Of a stretch of DNA of 64,000 bases, positions 62,222 through 64,000 are shown piece by piece. Each line of letters opens with the position of its first letter. Positions within the stretch are counted from its first letter, which is position 1. The notes beneath the pieces are model-generated. The model made no database searches. It was given only the letters and a program-made list of their open reading frames with translations, and was not told where the DNA came from. Position numbers and translations under genes: made by a program. This DNA comes from Candidatus Marinacidobacterales bacterium (GTDB taxonomy: Bacteria; Acidobacteriota; Vicinamibacteria; Marinacidobacterales; SMYC01): contig OZ250169.1 of NCBI GenBank assembly GCA_965237955.1, forward strand, positions 1,344,001 to 1,408,000. Reading direction: 5' to 3'.

Positions 62222-63025
62222 ATGAGACGGGACGAGAGGGCCACGCTGGTGGACCGGCGGGCGTTGTCGGCCGATGCCTGCCTCCTCTATTTCCGCTCGG
62301 ATTTTCTCGCTTCGAACATGCTCCCCGGCCAGTTCACCATGGTGCGGCTTCCGCAAGCAGAGGGTTTGCTGCTGAGACGCCCGTACTCGTTTTGTGATGC
62401 CGAGCCGGGCGGGCCGGACAGGCCGGACGGGGGACGCTTCAGCTTGCTCGTCAAAGAGGTCGGACGTGGCACGCGAGCGCTCGCGCGTTTGGCGGAGGGC
62501 GAGCAAGTCGACTGCCTCGGGCCTCTGGGCTCGACGTTCGCGATGCCCGCCCGCAATCGCCGTCCCGTCATCGTGGCGGGTGGCGTCGGGATCGCGCCCT
62601 TCGTCGGGTTTTGCCGTGCGTTGCGCGCGGCGGATCGCAAGGCCACCGTTCTCCTCGGAGGGCGTAGCGCGCACGATCTCTACCTGAGAGAGGAGTTCGA
62701 CGCGCTCGGAATGGACGTCGTCTGTACCACCGAGGATGGAAGCTTTGGCGAGAAAGGTCGGGTGACGGCTCTTCTCGACGACGCGCTCGACTCTGAGGTG
62801 CAGCTGTACTCCTGCGGTCCGACACCGATGCTCGTCAAAGTGGCGGAAGCGGCACGCGCACGGGGCGTTCCGCATCAAGTGTCGCTCGAGCGACGCATGG
62901 GCTGCGGGATGGGATGTTGTCTCGGGTGCGTCGTTTATACGAGCGAGTACGTGCGCTCCTGCACCGAGGGTCCGGTGTTCGACGCCGATACGATTCAATG
63001 GGAGCGAGACGAAAACCCCCTTTGA
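62222..63025 (+). CDS. pyrK: Dihydroorotate dehydrogenase electron transfer subunit
   Basis: LRRPYS, GPLG, AGGVGIAP, CGPTPM and ERRMGCGMGCCLGC..CTEGPVF motifs. Confidence 0.95.
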   Translation: MRRDERATLVDRRALSADACLLYFRSDFLASNMLPGQFTMVRLPQAEGLLLRRPYSFCDAEPGGPDRPDGGRFSLLVKEVGRGTRALARLAEGEQVDCLGPLGSTFAMPARNRRPVIVAGGVGIAPFVGFCRALRAADRKATVLLGGRSAHDLYLREEFDALGMDVVCTTEDGSFGEKGRVTALLDDALDSEVQLYSCGPTPMLVKVAEAARARGVPHQVSLERRMGCGMGCCLGCVVYTSEYVRSCTEGPVFDADTIQWERDENPL

Positions 63026-63043
63026 TGATGTCATGATGTCACG

Positions 63044-63955
63044 ATGCCGAACTTGAGTGTCACCATCGCCGGCATTCACTTTCGAACGCCCCTCATCGCC
63101 GCGAGCGGAACCTTCGGCTATGGGACGGAGTATGTCGACGTCGCCGACTACGGTGCCATCGGCGGGATCGCGGTGAAAGGTCTTTATCTTGAGCCACGCG
63201 AGGGGTGCGCCCCGCCGCGCATTTGGGAAACACCGTCCGGCATGCTGAATGCGATCGGGCTCCAGGAAGTGGGCATCAAGAGCTTCATCGCTGACAAGAT
63301 GCCGCGCTTGCGCGAGCTCGACACGTCCGTTCTCGTCAACATTTGCGGCAGCAGTCTCGAAGAGTACGCGGAGCTCGCGCGGATTCTCGACGACGTCGAA
63401 GGGGTTTCCGGTATCGAGATGAATATCTCGTGCCCGAACGTTCACGAAGGCGGAATTCTTTTCGGATGCGACCCCGACATGGCTGCGCGCGTGACCGAAG
63501 CCGTCAAAAAGGAAACGAAGCTTCCCGTCATCCCGAAGCTGAGCCCGAACGTCACCGACATTACCGTCGTGGCGCGGGGCGTCGAATCTGCGGGCGCGGA
63601 TGCGCTGTCGGTGATCAACACCATCCCGGCGATGGCCATCGATGTCGAAACCAAGAGGCCTCGTCTCAAGAACATCATCGGCGGACTCTCGGGACCCGCG
63701 ATACGACCCATCGCCGTCCGACTCGTGTACCAAACGGCGCAAGCGGTGAAGATTCCGATCATCGGTATCGGCGGCATCGCGTCGCACGAAGATGCACTCG
63801 AGTTCATTCTCGCGGGCGCGTCCGCCGTGCAAATCGGCACGATGAGCTTTGTCGATCCATCTGTTTGGAGAAAAACGCTCGATGGACTCGAGGACTACTG
63901 TCGACGTCATGGAGTGGGCTCTCTTTCCGAGCTGACGGGAGCTGTCGAGACATGA
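63044..63955 (+). CDS. pyrD: Dihydroorotate dehydrogenase 1B catalytic subunit
   Basis: AASGTFG, MLNAIGLQ, NISCPNV, KLSPNV and GGLSGPAI motifs. Confidence 0.96.
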   Translation: MPNLSVTIAGIHFRTPLIAASGTFGYGTEYVDVADYGAIGGIAVKGLYLEPREGCAPPRIWETPSGMLNAIGLQEVGIKSFIADKMPRLRELDTSVLVNICGSSLEEYAELARILDDVEGVSGIEMNISCPNVHEGGILFGCDPDMAARVTEAVKKETKLPVIPKLSPNVTDITVVARGVESAGADALSVINTIPAMAIDVETKRPRLKNIIGGLSGPAIRPIAVRLVYQTAQAVKIPIIGIGGIASHEDALEFILAGASAVQIGTMSFVDPSVWRKTLDGLEDYCRRHGVGSLSELTGAVET

Positions 63956-64000
63956 GCCCGTGAAGCCTGAGCTCATCGTTCCCCTCGACGTCGATTCACT
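63952..64000 (+). CDS. pyrF: Probable start of orotidine-5'-phosphate decarboxylase
   Basis: MSPVKPELIVPLDVDS resembles LIVALD; ATGA overlap after pyrD. Confidence 0.65.

Noticed and set aside
62168-63976. 602-aa antisense ORF over pyrK-pyrD (likewise 43294-44505, 57785-58876 and 369-1496)
   Set aside because: These are shadow ORFs opposite well-supported genes

Overview
GC-rich bacterial chromosomal window with about 50 genes. It has one tRNA-Val(TAC) and no integrase, transposase or CRISPR array. Gene content (DUF5916 barrel, CRTAC1/FG-GAP, M14/M16 peptidases, NTT-HEAT, bacilliredoxin, MglA fusion) suggests Acidobacteriota; this is inference only. Intact housekeeping genes (gcvP 3' part, SNF2, thyA-folA, ggt, HU, pyrK-pyrD-pyrF) are interspersed with clustered gene decay: frameshifts, three in-frame stops and orphan fragments. 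The most interesting items are: (1) a 52-60.6 kb locus with an MglA-type GTPase fused to GAF and a dead histidine kinase, a membrane TPR-pseudokinase, a Cys8 protein and a pseudo-PfkB, lying divergent to a PilB/GspE ATPase; (2) a dispersed family of heptamer-armed hairpin elements sharing a conserved core; (3) an NTT-HEAT/cNMP/phosphatase operon; (4) an outer-membrane barrel/cupredoxin/two-component cluster; (5) an uncharacterised gene pair behind a CIRCE-like site; (6) several apparently leaderless genes. All family calls come from motif recognition by eye; no database search was run.
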